From: an uncultured Nitrospiraceae bacterium
GTDB lineage: Bacteria > Nitrospirota > Thermodesulfovibrionia > Thermodesulfovibrionales > Dissulfurispiraceae
Assembly (NCBI GenBank): GCA_963705105.1
Contig: CAVPIW010000007.1
Span: forward strand, 160,001 to 224,000
DNA length: 64,000 nt
Reading direction: 5' to 3'
Shown: positions 22,901 to 30,740 of the stretch, one piece after another
How the letters are laid out: each line of letters begins with the position of its first letter
Position numbering within the stretch: the stretch's first letter is position 1
The notes under the pieces: model-generated
Told to the model about the DNA's origin: nothing
Seen by the model: the letters and a program-made list of their open reading frames with translations, nothing else
The model's database searches: none
Translations under genes and position numbers: made by a program

Positions 22901-23608
22901 CTTAATGACATTGTCCTTTCTCACGGACATGAGCTTCTGTTCCATGCCCCGGTAATTGTCGTTCCAGTACTGCAGGGCAGCGCGGTAGTCGCCGAGCTCC
23001 TTCGCCTTCCTGTTGATGACGTCACCCTTGAAACCGACGAGGTCCCTGACGGAGACCTTACTGTCGCCCATGGCGTTGAAAAAGCCCATCTCGTCGAGGG
23101 CCCCCGCTTTCAGCTGATCGAAGAGGCCCTCGATTTTTCGTATTTTGGCAGGTGGGGGCGGGGAGACGTCGGTCCCCGTCGTTCCCGTCTTTGTTTTTGT
23201 TTTTCGTCCACCCTCCCTGACGACCGACACCGTCAGCCGCTCGGACCAGCGGAGACTCTCGATGGCGGCGCCGACAACGGCCGTGACCTGATCGGCCGAC
23301 GACGCGTCCATCGCCTCCACCACGCAGGAGAGCGTCGCCAGCCCCTCTTCTCGGCAGTTGAGCTGCGGGTCCCAGGTCCACCGGACGGCACTGTCATCAG
23401 GCGCACCGGCGACACTAACCGTGAAGGTCTGCCCTTCCTTGACCGACTCGGGTCCCGTCAGACGGGGATTGCGGGCGTTCGCATCAACGGGAGAGAGAAA
23501 AGAGAAGAGAAATATAACAAAGGGAATGAAAAGAGAGATGCCTCCCGTCAGCCGGACTTTTCCGCATCTGCAACTGTTCCCTGCGCCCTTTCCTTCAAAC
23601 ACTCTCAT
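13961..23608 (-). CDS. Giant (3215 aa) secreted multidomain protein with Ig-like, Cys-rich and TPR-like repeat regions
   Basis: Single long ORF, hydrophobic N-terminal signal ending ANA, internal tandem repeats. Confidence 0.9.
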   Translation of the reverse strand: MRVFEGKGAGNSCRCGKVRLTGGISLFIPFVIFLFSFLSPVDANARNPRLTGPESVKEGQTFTVSVAGAPDDSAVRWTWDPQLNCREEGLATLSCVVEAMDASSADQVTAVVGAAIESLRWSERLTVSVVREGGRKTKTKTGTTGTDVSPPPPAKIRKIEGLFDQLKAGALDEMGFFNAMGDSKVSVRDLVGFKGDVINRKAKELGDYRAALQYWNDNYRGMEQKLMSVRKDNVIKAWDAVVARYYSDHPDSPPLARMDVGGWVSEPMEKMRFEGDIDFTVIMLDAEQAKVVRDLFGAEIGKIFNLDMVAVDALSTAHRAATLSVYIGDYGADWAEIDAIRRGKMQIIRRDDDGNLVKHDADATEKAVMFAVLKNNIAMSRGEPDRLADILQEKKTPTPKYDMEPGISLEFLRHITTDAVHADLALHEKIIKMSKYLDRSAKEHDKILEAAGAKPQPIDTDIVKFAGMITELKQMKGINPEIALWLIMKRTGDLAGSPDWVNNPEGALKAIAKRMTDVITHNIEEGLDARIKKAESMKTLAEQDAEKKRLLDDLENEFKAFSGGEEAVPFPPKAREVMLQLAEYFKSKAFKLPAAEQKRLKELIEKAADNPEMTKIVFAMVQEAAMRAYQKSAETIGAINNFLDTLDNKTIESLRSTGIIELERTVVEGGKEEVRKTTIIRIESIAKINQALNESVLGKIGQSAAFQAFNLASEVKSYYDAVMKAGSWNESFTNLSVEIFRRRTPVGGAVEAFVHGNYLRMGVEVVYTIFPPLAIPEGLYGMALGAAEWSVGKMQEWKYEDMVNELYRGAKFEQAGAGWKLTSVTYKCPSEGEMTVTGRDAILKLPMRCTGLYQILIPQIKNHPVLLQYQEMLDNSAVSSGRMGTFPFNWDVRGGKYGEQLLKTYRKKVDDTAVEYFKGVVEQLEKAQAWWSGKKLHEVVRIEKELGCRESLITFNVGYFGGDSYLEDVKELQALVDNFGQLKNANESILKIKDKWQANDPAVEERKDHKGEKYVWVKGLFPDCSKSAIANRAKEAKELDGRVKAAVKKCQAEVEKIVGRDKVTEKLLAPLVKPAICLAVYEETNRYIAEGCKKEYDEALAALGGQGSDLKITDIRGPEKVCIGTPATFKAKYDRPCDDCVAEWSILEYGEETSKSDKNEATWTPKYSGGNTLRLKARISKDAAKEAVMDKKVTVLPADKCPKIRLKFIVKTTTVQEKDVLDVAVEPEGGLPEGEKLLEYAWSEDGKRNIKFTGSTYQFSGLGRKGKKVTIGVKARTSMGYTEEFHLPVTVSDSDKDELTVRILPAEITVLSGEDPVTLKSDVIRKVDSGRMKYQWTVVTNGGAPWVSSETVQSVKLDPRKYREGDRIDVTLLVLDIGNTPGSPTYGQILREGKAAKSLTVGPEGDIVIKLGPVPEEIEDNKTLVVCVESPALRPGDPGDRLAFEWFDEDGKFWRPNTVTRCSNLSTRGLAGQTVRLKVVVRDKFGRSAEKETAPVKVVDADLSPKLQVSVVPENASIMNDQTITFVVTAVPLKDSGSLSFNGVRMPPGQTVVTFPETSFRDNENWVTVPFTVTDEKGRKAETHATVYVTKKKDKPDDKKIDGAKPEDTRPGDDITGVTKPEDTKTDSGKKDDGKKEPPVCTYKYSEWGECPREKKIQTRSVIAKEPAGCVERDKPALEQVCTPPKTEADKRTDYLNCLCRACGGTAGGYYGPSTTEKGGPCVCFGWLSGWRTPVPGGPPDHVKSCYKGAYGHDPSDKELADADKDRKNENRKHTDPLKVKIKPSKNPAEFGDIVTLYAETTGGSGGNKWTWGGAAEDAKDANAKFVKTRTAGGGSVSVSVTDQDGNSASDTVTIQVQAIIVKLEKESPKEDTIPVGGTAKFIANVMSGKNNAGGSFKYQWQPHPELAFGDPKTPTFEQTGGSQMRNSARFSRPGPAKVWVQVLKEIEGRFATVGESEQITVEAVNPEVIITYTPKEAYLGKELFLSAVTKPPMGESMVSLFWDIPGYHTGTGSKATIKPKDTKPITATVTAKAVDGGDELGKQQVTITPLGYTVTVSEPKYLGTPPQIWKCDTQLGHAKDCGMVQVKPTQFAVHEAIFFKASVTPAVEGVNYNWTVDPSGSCGMPGGGSELRVQCSNTGTYTITAEATKDGIKLGAGSQTLTVSISQEMINSGKKAKEAHEKLQKAKQLVTEGKLQEGIALAKEAQGLDSKNTEAKQLADKWSAEKQTTDDHVGKVKSFLQAEKLEDAARELTEAKKLHPKYQPVVDAEKQFADARVKKNEKVKAAAEKLDQANKAVAQGKLQEGIQLANEAAKIDPKNGEARLLADKWTREKQQADTDVAKVKDALKADNLAEAEKALAAAKAIHPKYQPVVDAEKQIADTKAKKQGDMKAAHEKVKQAEGLYINGKIEEAIALLNDAKKIDPKNEDAPKLGQKWSSDLQQINAHVSKAQDQIKAKKFDEAKTALEQAKRINAKYKTVVETEQVLAQKLAEDKKLKDEQVKKEQEEQDKTKKSADKLWDECSALAKQGRNSEALARCRESVAIMPDEKRSAVVRDLEKLVAQEQGKKKQDEEKKAAADRLWDECSALAKQGRNSEALAKCNESVKLWPNDKRTSALKDMERTVAQEEAKRQQEEAKKRTADELWDQCSGLAKQNNLEGALSKCRESLTHWSSEKRQAAVKDMEAQVAQTKREQQNRATADRLWDECSALAKQGRNKEALAKCRESLSYWSSDKRVAATKDLERVIASANTVQPPADPVVPPPDPADTRPPVQTPTKDDIRTPVSSPYYHVDLTPYGGKKGSARKVKDIEVDDGSWIRLKATHEKRMSLAVPLPSPVTANSIAIVSNLDNAHNVKQGMTVTTITVQTTTGDRVFDIKAGVHSSEWNRSEGSGADHQFPKDSHLGDKRWLNVFPLPSGSVVTGIRFRQHDFDKKYYHGDAAPGFCLRGITLIKSGTAGGSSVSDNGTGAGESTPPQSGRVIFDNGNIGGVYNAPTKATTFTINQSHVVTMIQNYHWNNGSGTSSPGSISLKGSGGKTYGPWQATGSPGQGGVKNAYWRVYPNVTIPAGTYTIADSQPSTWAQNQGSGGAGHSRVEGYPAGAGTSTQGGTQQSSGSQTTSGYRNLSAEIKNTSSNPVHIAIDSEQFGPTNRIMPGEKKNTTYQMSSGGIRTVRFSAGRNGQKLTECRWEFDPSQQNRVVVITFSEPKNLSCTTGVR

Positions 23609-23771
23609 TTTCTATACCCTCCCGGCATGTTTTCGTTGTTGTTTTCAACAGAGTCATGACAAAGACGACGGCGTCTCATTAAGGTATCGGCGATTTATTG
23701 TGAAATATTGACACTATACCGACACTATGAAATATCAAGTATATCCGAAGTAGCTTACGGCGAGGCGTTTT

Positions 23772-23846
23772 CAAAATAATCCGCCACGAGGATAGGGCAT
23801 GATTTCTTCGCACAATAAACCCTTATCACCGCAATGAGATCTCAGG
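23772..23846 (+). repeat. Motif B plus left-end fragment of type 3 element
   Basis: Near-identical to 13611-13685 (..TAAACCCTTATCACCGCAATGAGATCTCAGG). Confidence 0.85.
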
Positions 23847-23855
23847 CCTATCCTC

Positions 23856-23965
23856 GCGCCAAGACGCCAAGGCCGCCAAGAACGGCAAATGCACAAGTGC
23901 ATAAAATCTTCTTTTTAGGATGAAGGTCTGTATCTTTCTTTGCGCTCTTTGCGACTTTGCGTGAG
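23856..23965. repeat. Short MITE-like element with 8-9-mer iterated inverted ends
   Basis: CGCCAAGACGCCAAGGCCGCCAAG ... CTTTGCGCTCTTTGCGACTTTGCGTGAG; half copy at 49656-49686. Confidence 0.65.
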
Positions 23966-24056
23966 ACAATGATATCGTTATCAGCAAGGATTTGGGGCTC
24001 TTCGCCTGCCTTTTCACGAAACGGCAGGGTATAATATCATAATCGAGGACAGGTGA

Positions 24057-24722
24057 ATGATACCGTACAAGGACGATAACCCGACAGAAACGACGCCGTT
24101 CGTGACCGTCGGCATTATCGTCCTGAACTGCCTCATCTATCTCTGGCAGCTCATGACGCCCCAGGATCTGGCTCATTTCGCCTTTTTCTACGGCGCCATA
24201 CCGCACAACATCATCACCTTCCAGGGCGACCAGCCCATCCACCCCGGACTGACCGTCTTCTCTTCTATGTTTCTCCACGGAGGCTTTCTCCACCTTGCAG
24301 GCAACATGCTGTACCTCTGGATATTCGGGAACAACATCGAGGACGCCCTCGGACACGGCAAATTCATTTTTTTCTACCTCTTTTCCGGTGTCGTCGCCGC
24401 ATACAGCCATGCCATCACAGAGACCAATTCGATGATACCGATGATCGGTGCGAGCGGCGCCGTCTCGGGCATTCTCGGCGCGTACCTCGTCCTCTATCCC
24501 CAGGCCCGTGTCTACACGATCCTCTTTTTCTTCATTTTCTGGCAGATCGTGAGGATTCCGGCCGTCGTCGTGATCGGTTTCTGGGTCATCATCCAGCTCA
24601 TCAACGGCATCGTGAGCAAGGGTATGCTCCAGCAGGGCGGCGTGGCCTGGTTCGCCCACCTGGGAGGATTCCTCGCCGGCTTCCTGACGATCAAACTCTG
24701 GCTGGGACACCGGCACCGCTAA
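24057..24722 (+). CDS. Rhomboid-family intramembrane serine protease
   Basis: FLHGGFLHLAGNM, GASGA, AHLGG. Confidence 0.95.
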   Translation: MIPYKDDNPTETTPFVTVGIIVLNCLIYLWQLMTPQDLAHFAFFYGAIPHNIITFQGDQPIHPGLTVFSSMFLHGGFLHLAGNMLYLWIFGNNIEDALGHGKFIFFYLFSGVVAAYSHAITETNSMIPMIGASGAVSGILGAYLVLYPQARVYTILFFFIFWQIVRIPAVVVIGFWVIIQLINGIVSKGMLQQGGVAWFAHLGGFLAGFLTIKLWLGHRHR

Positions 24723-24828
24723 AATTATTAAAATTCTTCAATAAAACGCAATATTTGTCCGTAATCTCCCGTATTCGCCGATATTCAGCCCAATACCATC
24801 TTGCCAGAACAGGTCAATTCAGGGTATA

Positions 24829-24855
24829 TTAGCACTCGACGGAATTGAGTGCTAA
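24829..24855. promoter_or_regulatory. CIRCE element (HrcA operator)
   Basis: Perfect TTAGCACTC-N9-GAGTGCTAA upstream of groES, overlapping TTGCCA-N18-TATATT. Confidence 0.97.
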
Positions 24856-24931
24856 TAAGAATGCACCGGCAGCATCAGTCAGACCCGCCGGGGCTGCCGA
24901 ACACAATAATGAAGAAGGAGGTTCAAGCATC

Positions 24932-25192
24932 ATGATCAGACCGCTTAAGGACAGGGTAGTTATCAAGTATTCCGAAGAGGAGATGGAAAAGACGGCAGGT
25001 GGCCTCTATGTGCCTGACGTGGCGAAGGAAAAACCGCAGAAGGGAACCGTCGAGGCCGTCGGCGGCGAGGTGAAGGAGCTGAAAGTCGGCAATACGGTCC
25101 TCTTTGACAAGTATTCCGGGTCGAAGATCAAGCTCAACGACGTTGAGTATCTCATCATCAAAGAAGAAGACATCTTGGGTGTCATTGAATAA
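24932..25192 (+). CDS. groES: Co-chaperonin GroES
   Basis: IRPLKDRV..KTAGGLYVPDVAKEKPQ; AAGGAGG RBS. Confidence 0.98.
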   Translation: MIRPLKDRVVIKYSEEEMEKTAGGLYVPDVAKEKPQKGTVEAVGGEVKELKVGNTVLFDKYSGSKIKLNDVEYLIIKEEDILGVIE

Positions 25193-25204
25193 GGGAGGAT
25201 AAAT

Positions 25205-26836
25205 ATGGCAGGAAAGCAGCTCATTTTCGACGAAGCAGCAAGACAGGCAATCCTGAGGGGAATTACGGTACTCACCGACGCCGTCAAGGCGACCCTCGGC
25301 CCGAGGGGCAGGAACGTCATCATCGACCGTAAATTCGGCGCCCCGAACATCACGAAAGACGGCGTCACCGTTGCAAAAGAGATCGAGCTCAAAGAGCCCT
25401 ATGAGAACATGGGCGCCCAGCTCCTCCGCGAAGTCGCATCGAAGACCTCCGACGTGGCCGGTGACGGAACCACGACTGCGACAGTGCTCGCCTATGCCGT
25501 TTATAAGGAAGGGATGAAGTACGTCACGGCCGGCGCCAACTCAATCGACATGAAGAGAGGCATCGACAAGGCCGTCGAGGTCGTCGTCGAGGAACTCAAG
25601 AAGATGTCCAAGCCGATCCTCGAGAAGAAGGAAATCGCCCAGGTCGGGACGATCTCCGCGAATAATGACCCCTCCATCGGTGACCTCATCGCAGAGGCGA
25701 TGGACAAGGTGGGGAAAGACGGGGTCATCACCGTTGAAGAGGCGAAGAGCATGGCAACGACCCTCGATGTGGTCGAGGGCATGCAGTTCGACAGGGGATA
25801 CATTTCGCCCTATTTCATCACCGATCCCGACAGGATGGAGTGTATTCTCGACGATGTGTATCTCCTTATCCATGACAAGAAGATATCGAGCATGAAGGAC
25901 CTCCTTCCCATCCTCGAGCAGATCGCAAAAATGGGCAAGCCCCTCCTCATCATCTCCGAGGATGTTGAAGGCGAGGCCCTTGCGACCCTCGTCGTGAACA
26001 AGCTCCGCGGCACCCTCCAGGTCTGCGCGGTGAAAGCACCCGGGTTCGGCGACAGAAGGAAGGCGATGCTTGAGGATGTCGCAATCCTGACGGGCGGCAC
26101 GGTCATCTCCGAGGATCTCGGCCTCAAGCTCGAGAACGTGAAGATCAACGATCTCGGCCGGGCGAGAAAGATCAACATCGACAAGGAGAACACGACCATC
26201 GTCGAGGGCGCCGGAGACCCGTCGAAGATCCAGGGCAGGGTAAAGCAGATCAAGACCCAGGTCGACGAGACGACATCCGACTACGACAGGGAGAAGCTCC
26301 AGGAAAGGCTTGCGAAGCTCGTCGGCGGCGTCGCCGTGATCAATGTCGGCGCTGCGACGGAGTCGGAAATGAAGGAGAAGAAGGCCAGGGTCGAGGACGC
26401 CCTCCATGCCACAAGAGCCGCCGTCGAGGAAGGCATCGTGCCGGGCGGAGGCGTTGCCCTGCTCCGGTGCATCCCGAGCCTCAAAAAGCTCAAGCTTGAG
26501 CACGACCTCCAGATCGGCGTGAACATCATCAAGAAGGCCCTCGAGGAGCCCATCAGGCAGATCATCCAGAACGCGGGCATCGAGAGCGCCATCATCGTCG
26601 AGAAAGTCAAAGACGCCAAGGACGTCAACTTCGGCTACGATGCCTATAAAGAGGATTACGCCGACATGCTGAAGGCGGGCATCATCGATCCGACGAAGGT
26701 GACGAGAACGGCCCTCCAGAATGCCGCGTCCGTCGCGGGTCTCATGCTCACCACAGAGGTGATGATCACCGAGATCCCCGAAGAGGACAAGAAGATGCCC
26801 CCGATGCCGGGCGGCGGCATGGGTGACATGTACTAA
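25205..26836 (+). CDS. groEL: Chaperonin GroEL
   Basis: [20 protein letters not shown]-type tail. Confidence 0.99.
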   Translation: MAGKQLIFDEAARQAILRGITVLTDAVKATLGPRGRNVIIDRKFGAPNITKDGVTVAKEIELKEPYENMGAQLLREVASKTSDVAGDGTTTATVLAYAVYKEGMKYVTAGANSIDMKRGIDKAVEVVVEELKKMSKPILEKKEIAQVGTISANNDPSIGDLIAEAMDKVGKDGVITVEEAKSMATTLDVVEGMQFDRGYISPYFITDPDRMECILDDVYLLIHDKKISSMKDLLPILEQIAKMGKPLLIISEDVEGEALATLVVNKLRGTLQVCAVKAPGFGDRRKAMLEDVAILTGGTVISEDLGLKLENVKINDLGRARKINIDKENTTIVEGAGDPSKIQGRVKQIKTQVDETTSDYDREKLQERLAKLVGGVAVINVGAATESEMKEKKARVEDALHATRAAVEEGIVPGGGVALLRCIPSLKKLKLEHDLQIGVNIIKKALEEPIRQIIQNAGIESAIIVEKVKDAKDVNFGYDAYKEDYADMLKAGIIDPTKVTRTALQNAASVAGLMLTTEVMITEIPEEDKKMPPMPGGGMGDMY

Positions 26837-26885
26837 AAAAATCGAAGCGATGACACCGGCCCCGGCGTCATCGCCACGAAAATAC

Positions 26886-26921
26886 AAAAGGCAGCAGGCT
26901 CTCAGGCCTGCTGCCTTTTTT
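26886..26921 (+). terminator. Rho-independent terminator (potentially bidirectional)
   Basis: AAAAGGCAGCAGGC-tctcag-GCCTGCTGCCTTTTTT. Confidence 0.9.
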
Positions 26922-27081
26922 CTATGTGTTACCCGGTCGGCTGCGTTTTCGATTCGTTGCGGCCCAACAGAGAGTCTCCCCGGGGCGCCCCGGCGATCCA
27001 GTCCGCCTCGGGAGAAGTTTCAGTCGCGGAATATCAAACATTGTTGTCCTGCAAGCAACAAGACCCCTCTTCAAATCTTTG

Positions 27082-27399
27082 TCACTCCTTTATGTAAGAA
27101 CAGCAGTAGTCAGTAAGGTACTTAACATTCAATTTGAATACAGATTTTGCGGGCACCTCAAATACCTCTCCGTCTTTAATTGTTTTCCATCCTTCTGAGG
27201 CTGCGACAAACACTTCAAGATCTCCAGAAATTATTTCCATTATTTCTTTTTCATCAGTTTTAAACTCATATTCACCGGGAAACATTATTCCGAGGGTCTT
27301 GCGGGAACCATCCGGAAAAACAACAGAGCGACTGGTAACCTTCCCATCAAAGTAGATGTTTGCTTTCTTAACTATTGTGACATTCCTGAATTCTGACAT
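27082..27399 (-). CDS. ppnP: Pyrimidine/purine nucleoside phosphorylase (DUF1255)
   Basis: [37 protein letters not shown]. Confidence 0.9.
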   Translation of the reverse strand: MSEFRNVTIVKKANIYFDGKVTSRSVVFPDGSRKTLGIMFPGEYEFKTDEKEIMEIISGDLEVFVAASEGWKTIKDGEVFEVPAKSVFKLNVKYLTDYCCSYIKE

Positions 27400-27434
27400 G
27401 AACATCTCCTTTATTAGTCTCATTTTTACACATA

Positions 27435-27628
27435 ATCGGGATAGGGGGAAGCCTCTCGGCTTCGCCCCTCCGACATCACCCGGCATACGGGTCACGTGCA
27501 GCGGCGGTTCGGTTGATTCAGTAGTCCCAAGCTCTTCAGATGGAGGACTTCGTTGTCACGTGCTGACTCGTCCTGAATGTGCCACACCTCATATCCGGTT
27601 CCTGGTTCCTCGCCCTGAGCTTTCGGAC
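27435..27628 (-). ncRNA. Group IIC intron remnant (domain I fragment fused to DV-DVI and 3' end)
   Basis: GAACCGCCG..GACCCGTATG..GGAGGGGCGAAGCCGAGAGGCTTCCCCCTATCCCGAT 3' end; GAGGAAC..ATATGAGG..GGACGAGT..AACGAAGTCCT resembles class C domain I. Confidence 0.82.
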
Positions 27629-28140
27629 TGGCCATCCGCCTTGAATCCTTCGTGGAAAGCGACAGTGCCCTGCGGAATATGCCCCTCGAAAGGCAGAGCA
27701 AAGAAAACCTCCTGCGGCACTCCCTCATACACAAGTCCCGGCAGGTTTTTAAACCCGAATTTCCTGTAGTACTCCGGATGTCCCACGAGACAACATCCTT
27801 GAGCATTCATATCTTTCAGGCGAGACAACCCTTCTTTTATCAGTGCTTTGCCGATGCCCTTCCGCTGGTACTCCGGCAGGACGGAAACAGGTCCAAGTCC
27901 GTACCAGTTCGGCGTGCCGTCCGAAATGGTCACGGGAGAGAAGGCAATATGACCTATCACTCGGCCATCCGTTTCTGCAACCAGCGATACCGTAAGAGCC
28001 CTGGCGGCTCGCAGCGCCTCGATGATGAACTGCTCCGTGTGGTTGCTGATCTCCAGGGTCTTGAACGCTGCGATAGTCACCCCGGTGATCGCACAAACAT
28101 CGTTATGCGTTTCGTTCCTGATAACAATCTTGGGATTCAT
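27589..28140 (-). CDS. GNAT N-acetyltransferase (YhbS-like), copy 1
   Basis: GHIAFSPV..LGPVSVLPEYQRKGIG..GHPEYYRKFGF. Confidence 0.92.
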   Translation of the reverse strand: MNPKIVIRNETHNDVCAITGVTIAAFKTLEISNHTEQFIIEALRAARALTVSLVAETDGRVIGHIAFSPVTISDGTPNWYGLGPVSVLPEYQRKGIGKALIKEGLSRLKDMNAQGCCLVGHPEYYRKFGFKNLPGLVYEGVPQEVFFALPFEGHIPQGTVAFHEGFKADGQSESSGRGTRNRI

Positions 28141-28165
28141 GGGTCTCTTATTCCACTTTCCTGTT

Positions 28166-28245
28166 GGCTGACGGATAGCTAAGCCGCCCGCCGCAGCGTT
28201 TGCCTGAGATAAACGGCGGCTACTCGGGTCGGCTTGAGCGGATTG
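28166..28245 (-). other. attC site, interrupted in R'' by an IS110 end
   Basis: Top strand CAATCCGCTCAAGCCGACCC..GGGCGGCTTAGCTATCCGTCAGCC. Confidence 0.8.
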
Positions 28246-28298
28246 ATACTCATTAAAATAAATAGGGGGTTGTCCCTTTTTCCGCCCCCTGCATTATT

Positions 28299-28327
28299 CC
28301 GGGTCGCCTTGAGTGGCGTGTTAGAGC
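28299..28327 (-). other. attC half-site (R''/L'') of the cytochrome cassette
   Basis: GCTCTAACACGCCACTCAAGGCGACCCGG; complementary to the cassette start TTAGAGC. Confidence 0.7.
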
Positions 28328-28335
28328 CATTTGTG

Positions 28336-28836
28336 TCATTTTGGTATTGTGACATTGTCGTCATCATAGTCACCATTTTCTGCTGTCCTGTGACACGCTG
28401 TACAGTTCCCTCTTGACCCTATCGATTTCCGAGCGAAAACGTTGTCTTTAATTTCATGATGTTTTTGCCTGATATATGGCACCTCAGATATTCTTGTTGG
28501 AACATCGCTACCAATTGAGGCAAGTATTTTTCGCGATCTCTTTGACCCAGTATTTTCAGCACTATTTTGTGTGAGGTATTTGCGTATTTCATCTTTTGTT
28601 TTCTTTTCGAGGGACAAATCCCCACCGGGGTGCGCTCCCGAAACGTCTATTATCTTTTGCCACGATTTTGCCGGCAACAGACCTGGCTGATAAGCGAAAT
28701 GACAAGTCCCGCAATTAGTCTTATATAGTTCGTTTGTTACCTTCGGCAATGCTTTACTTTCTTTATGATCGTCAGCAAAAGCCGTGATACAAGAAAGGAT
28801 TAAACTTGCGAGTACAATTAGATTTCTTAGTTTCAT
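28336..28836 (-). CDS. Dihaem cytochrome c
   Basis: Signal peptide, CGTCH..YQPGLLPAKSW, CTACH. Confidence 0.9.
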   Translation of the reverse strand: MKLRNLIVLASLILSCITAFADDHKESKALPKVTNELYKTNCGTCHFAYQPGLLPAKSWQKIIDVSGAHPGGDLSLEKKTKDEIRKYLTQNSAENTGSKRSRKILASIGSDVPTRISEVPYIRQKHHEIKDNVFARKSIGSRGNCTACHRTAENGDYDDDNVTIPK

Positions 28837-28865
28837 ATCCTATTTCCCTCCTTTAGCAATTTGGT

Positions 28866-28942
28866 GCTCTAATACCGCTTGGGCTCACCGGGCGCCGGAC
28901 CGCAAGGCGGGCTGGCGATCCGCGTACAGCCCTTTGTTCGCC
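28866..28942 (-). other. attC site of the R-M cassette
   Basis: GGCGAACAAAGGGCTGTACGCGGATCGCCAG..GGCGCCCGGTGAGCCC..TTAGAGC; R'' GGCGAAC complements GTTCGCC at 30624-30630. Confidence 0.8.
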
Positions 28943-29862
28943 TATTCAAGTCTCTTCTTGGCTGGCCGGACTCCGCACAGGGCAGGTTCTTCCTTTACGA
29001 GGGTACCGGTTTCCGTGGGCGCTTTCTCAAAGCGTAGTTCCGCTGTCGTGAAAAGGTCAGACGTCTCAGCTTTCAGATACCGGGCCGCCATGCGGCAGTA
29101 TTCCGGATCAATTTCGACTCCAATGCTGTTACGTCCCGTGCGCAGAGCGGCAACCATCGTCGTGCCCGATCCGCAGAACGGATCCAGAACCGTATCCTCA
29201 GTGAAGGAGAACATGCGGACAAGGCGTGTGGCCAGCTCTAGCGGGAAGGGGGCGGGGTGGTGTTTGGTCGAGGCTCCGGTGATAGTCCATATTTGCTGAA
29301 ACCATCGGTCAAAAGCATCTTTTTCAATCCGGCTTGCCTGGCGTTGCTGGTTAGTGGGTTTTCGGTATCCGCCAGGCTTACGCTGCATCAGGATGAATTC
29401 CATGTCGTTCTTGATAATTGCGTTCGGCTCGTAGGGCTTCCCCAAGAACTTTGATCCATTCTCAACCTCGTAGGAGGCGTTTGCAATCTTGTGCCAGATG
29501 ATGGGGTTTAGGTTGTCGAAACCGATCTTTCGGCAGATGACACAAATGTCGGCGTGTAGAGGAAAGACGAGGTGGCGTCCAAAATCGCGGCGCGCGACAC
29601 AAACATCTCCGACCACGCAAACGAGGCGCCCTCCAGGCACGAGAATTCTGTAGATATGGCGCCAAACCTTTTCCAACTCAAACAGAAATGCTTCGTAGTC
29701 CTGAATATGTCCGAGTTGGTCCGGGTTCTCGTTGTACTTTTTCAGATTCCAGTAAGGTGGAGACGTGACGACAAGATGAACCGAGGCATCTTCGAGGTAC
29801 GCAAGTTCCCTCGCATCACCGTTGATCAGCCTGTGAATGGTGGTGTCCATGAGTTCACGCAA
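28942..29862 (-). CDS. Site-specific DNA methyltransferase (N4-C/N6-A, beta class)
   Basis: TSPPY precedes HPAPFP and DPFCGSGTT. Confidence 0.93.
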   Translation of the reverse strand: MRELMDTTIHRLINGDARELAYLEDASVHLVVTSPPYWNLKKYNENPDQLGHIQDYEAFLFELEKVWRHIYRILVPGGRLVCVVGDVCVARRDFGRHLVFPLHADICVICRKIGFDNLNPIIWHKIANASYEVENGSKFLGKPYEPNAIIKNDMEFILMQRKPGGYRKPTNQQRQASRIEKDAFDRWFQQIWTITGASTKHHPAPFPLELATRLVRMFSFTEDTVLDPFCGSGTTMVAALRTGRNSIGVEIDPEYCRMAARYLKAETSDLFTTAELRFEKAPTETGTLVKEEPALCGVRPAKKRLE

Positions 29863-30592
29863 AGGCTGCTAAGTGGGCCGTGAGTGTCTTCGCGAAACGC
29901 TCGACGGAAAGGTCGTCCGCCGGGATCGAGAAGCTTCCCTGAATCCCTTCCTCTGTTGTGGACGAAATGAACGCCGCTGCCGTGTAATGCCGTTCCAGCA
30001 CGAGCTTGCGGCAGAAGATTTCATAGCGCCGCATGTAGGAAGCATCGACAAATTCGGGAAAGACTTTGAAATGCGGCTCCTGCACCTTGACCGAGCGGTT
30101 GGAGGCGACGCAGTCCTCCAGCATGAAGAAGTAGCCGAGGAAAGGCTGGGGGCTGCTAAGGTAGGCACGTTCACGATACGCGGTCCAGAGGTCAAGGGCG
30201 CTTCCGATCGCCTCTTCTGTCCGGTTGTTGAAGTTGTTGCCGAAGGATGGACCCACTTGGGACTTGGCCTCAATCGCGGCAAGAAGCGTCTTTTCGCGCA
30301 CCACGAGCAGGTCCCACTCTTTGGTTGGGCGGAAGAAGCCTGGCAACTCGACGGCTTTCTTCCTGAAGACATACCGTTCCGAAATCCCTACCGCCGTGAT
30401 CAATTCCGTGAAGAGGTCGATGAATCCATCCATCTGCGCGCCGCCGGTGACGGCGCTCCGCAGCCCTTGGTCGGCCTTGCCGGTTTCACGCTGCTTATCG
30501 CGTTGACCCGAACGAGTCTTCCAGTAGTGGGCGACTGCCCTTCCGGTACGCGCCGGCAAATCACGTATTATGTCGTCAGGTTTCATATGCAT
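29855..30592 (-). CDS. PaeR7I/XhoI-family type II restriction endonuclease
   Basis: RSAVTGGAQMDGF, LPGFFRPTKEWD, EAKSQVGPSFGNNFNNRTEEA. Confidence 0.9.
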   Translation of the reverse strand: MHMKPDDIIRDLPARTGRAVAHYWKTRSGQRDKQRETGKADQGLRSAVTGGAQMDGFIDLFTELITAVGISERYVFRKKAVELPGFFRPTKEWDLLVVREKTLLAAIEAKSQVGPSFGNNFNNRTEEAIGSALDLWTAYRERAYLSSPQPFLGYFFMLEDCVASNRSVKVQEPHFKVFPEFVDASYMRRYEIFCRKLVLERHYTAAAFISSTTEEGIQGSFSIPADDLSVERFAKTLTAHLAAFA

Positions 30593-30623
30593 CCTATATC
30601 AGATTCTTCGCGTCTATTCATCA

Positions 30624-30740
30624 GGCGAACGCACAAACTCACGGGGAGGCCGTGCACCGGAGCATAATGTGTGAATACCGGAAACGTGCCTAAACCCAAA
30701 ATCGCGCATAAGTTTCACGCCGATCCCGTGAAGCGCGTTG
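30624..30740 (-). other. attC site (long), interrupted in R'' by IS110
   Basis: Top strand CAACGCGCTTCACGGGATCGGC..GCCTCCCCGTGAGTTTGTGCGTTCGCC. Confidence 0.82.

Noticed and set aside
26925..27080. attC for the ppnP cassette
   Set aside because: No convincing R''/L''/L'/R' pairing found by eye
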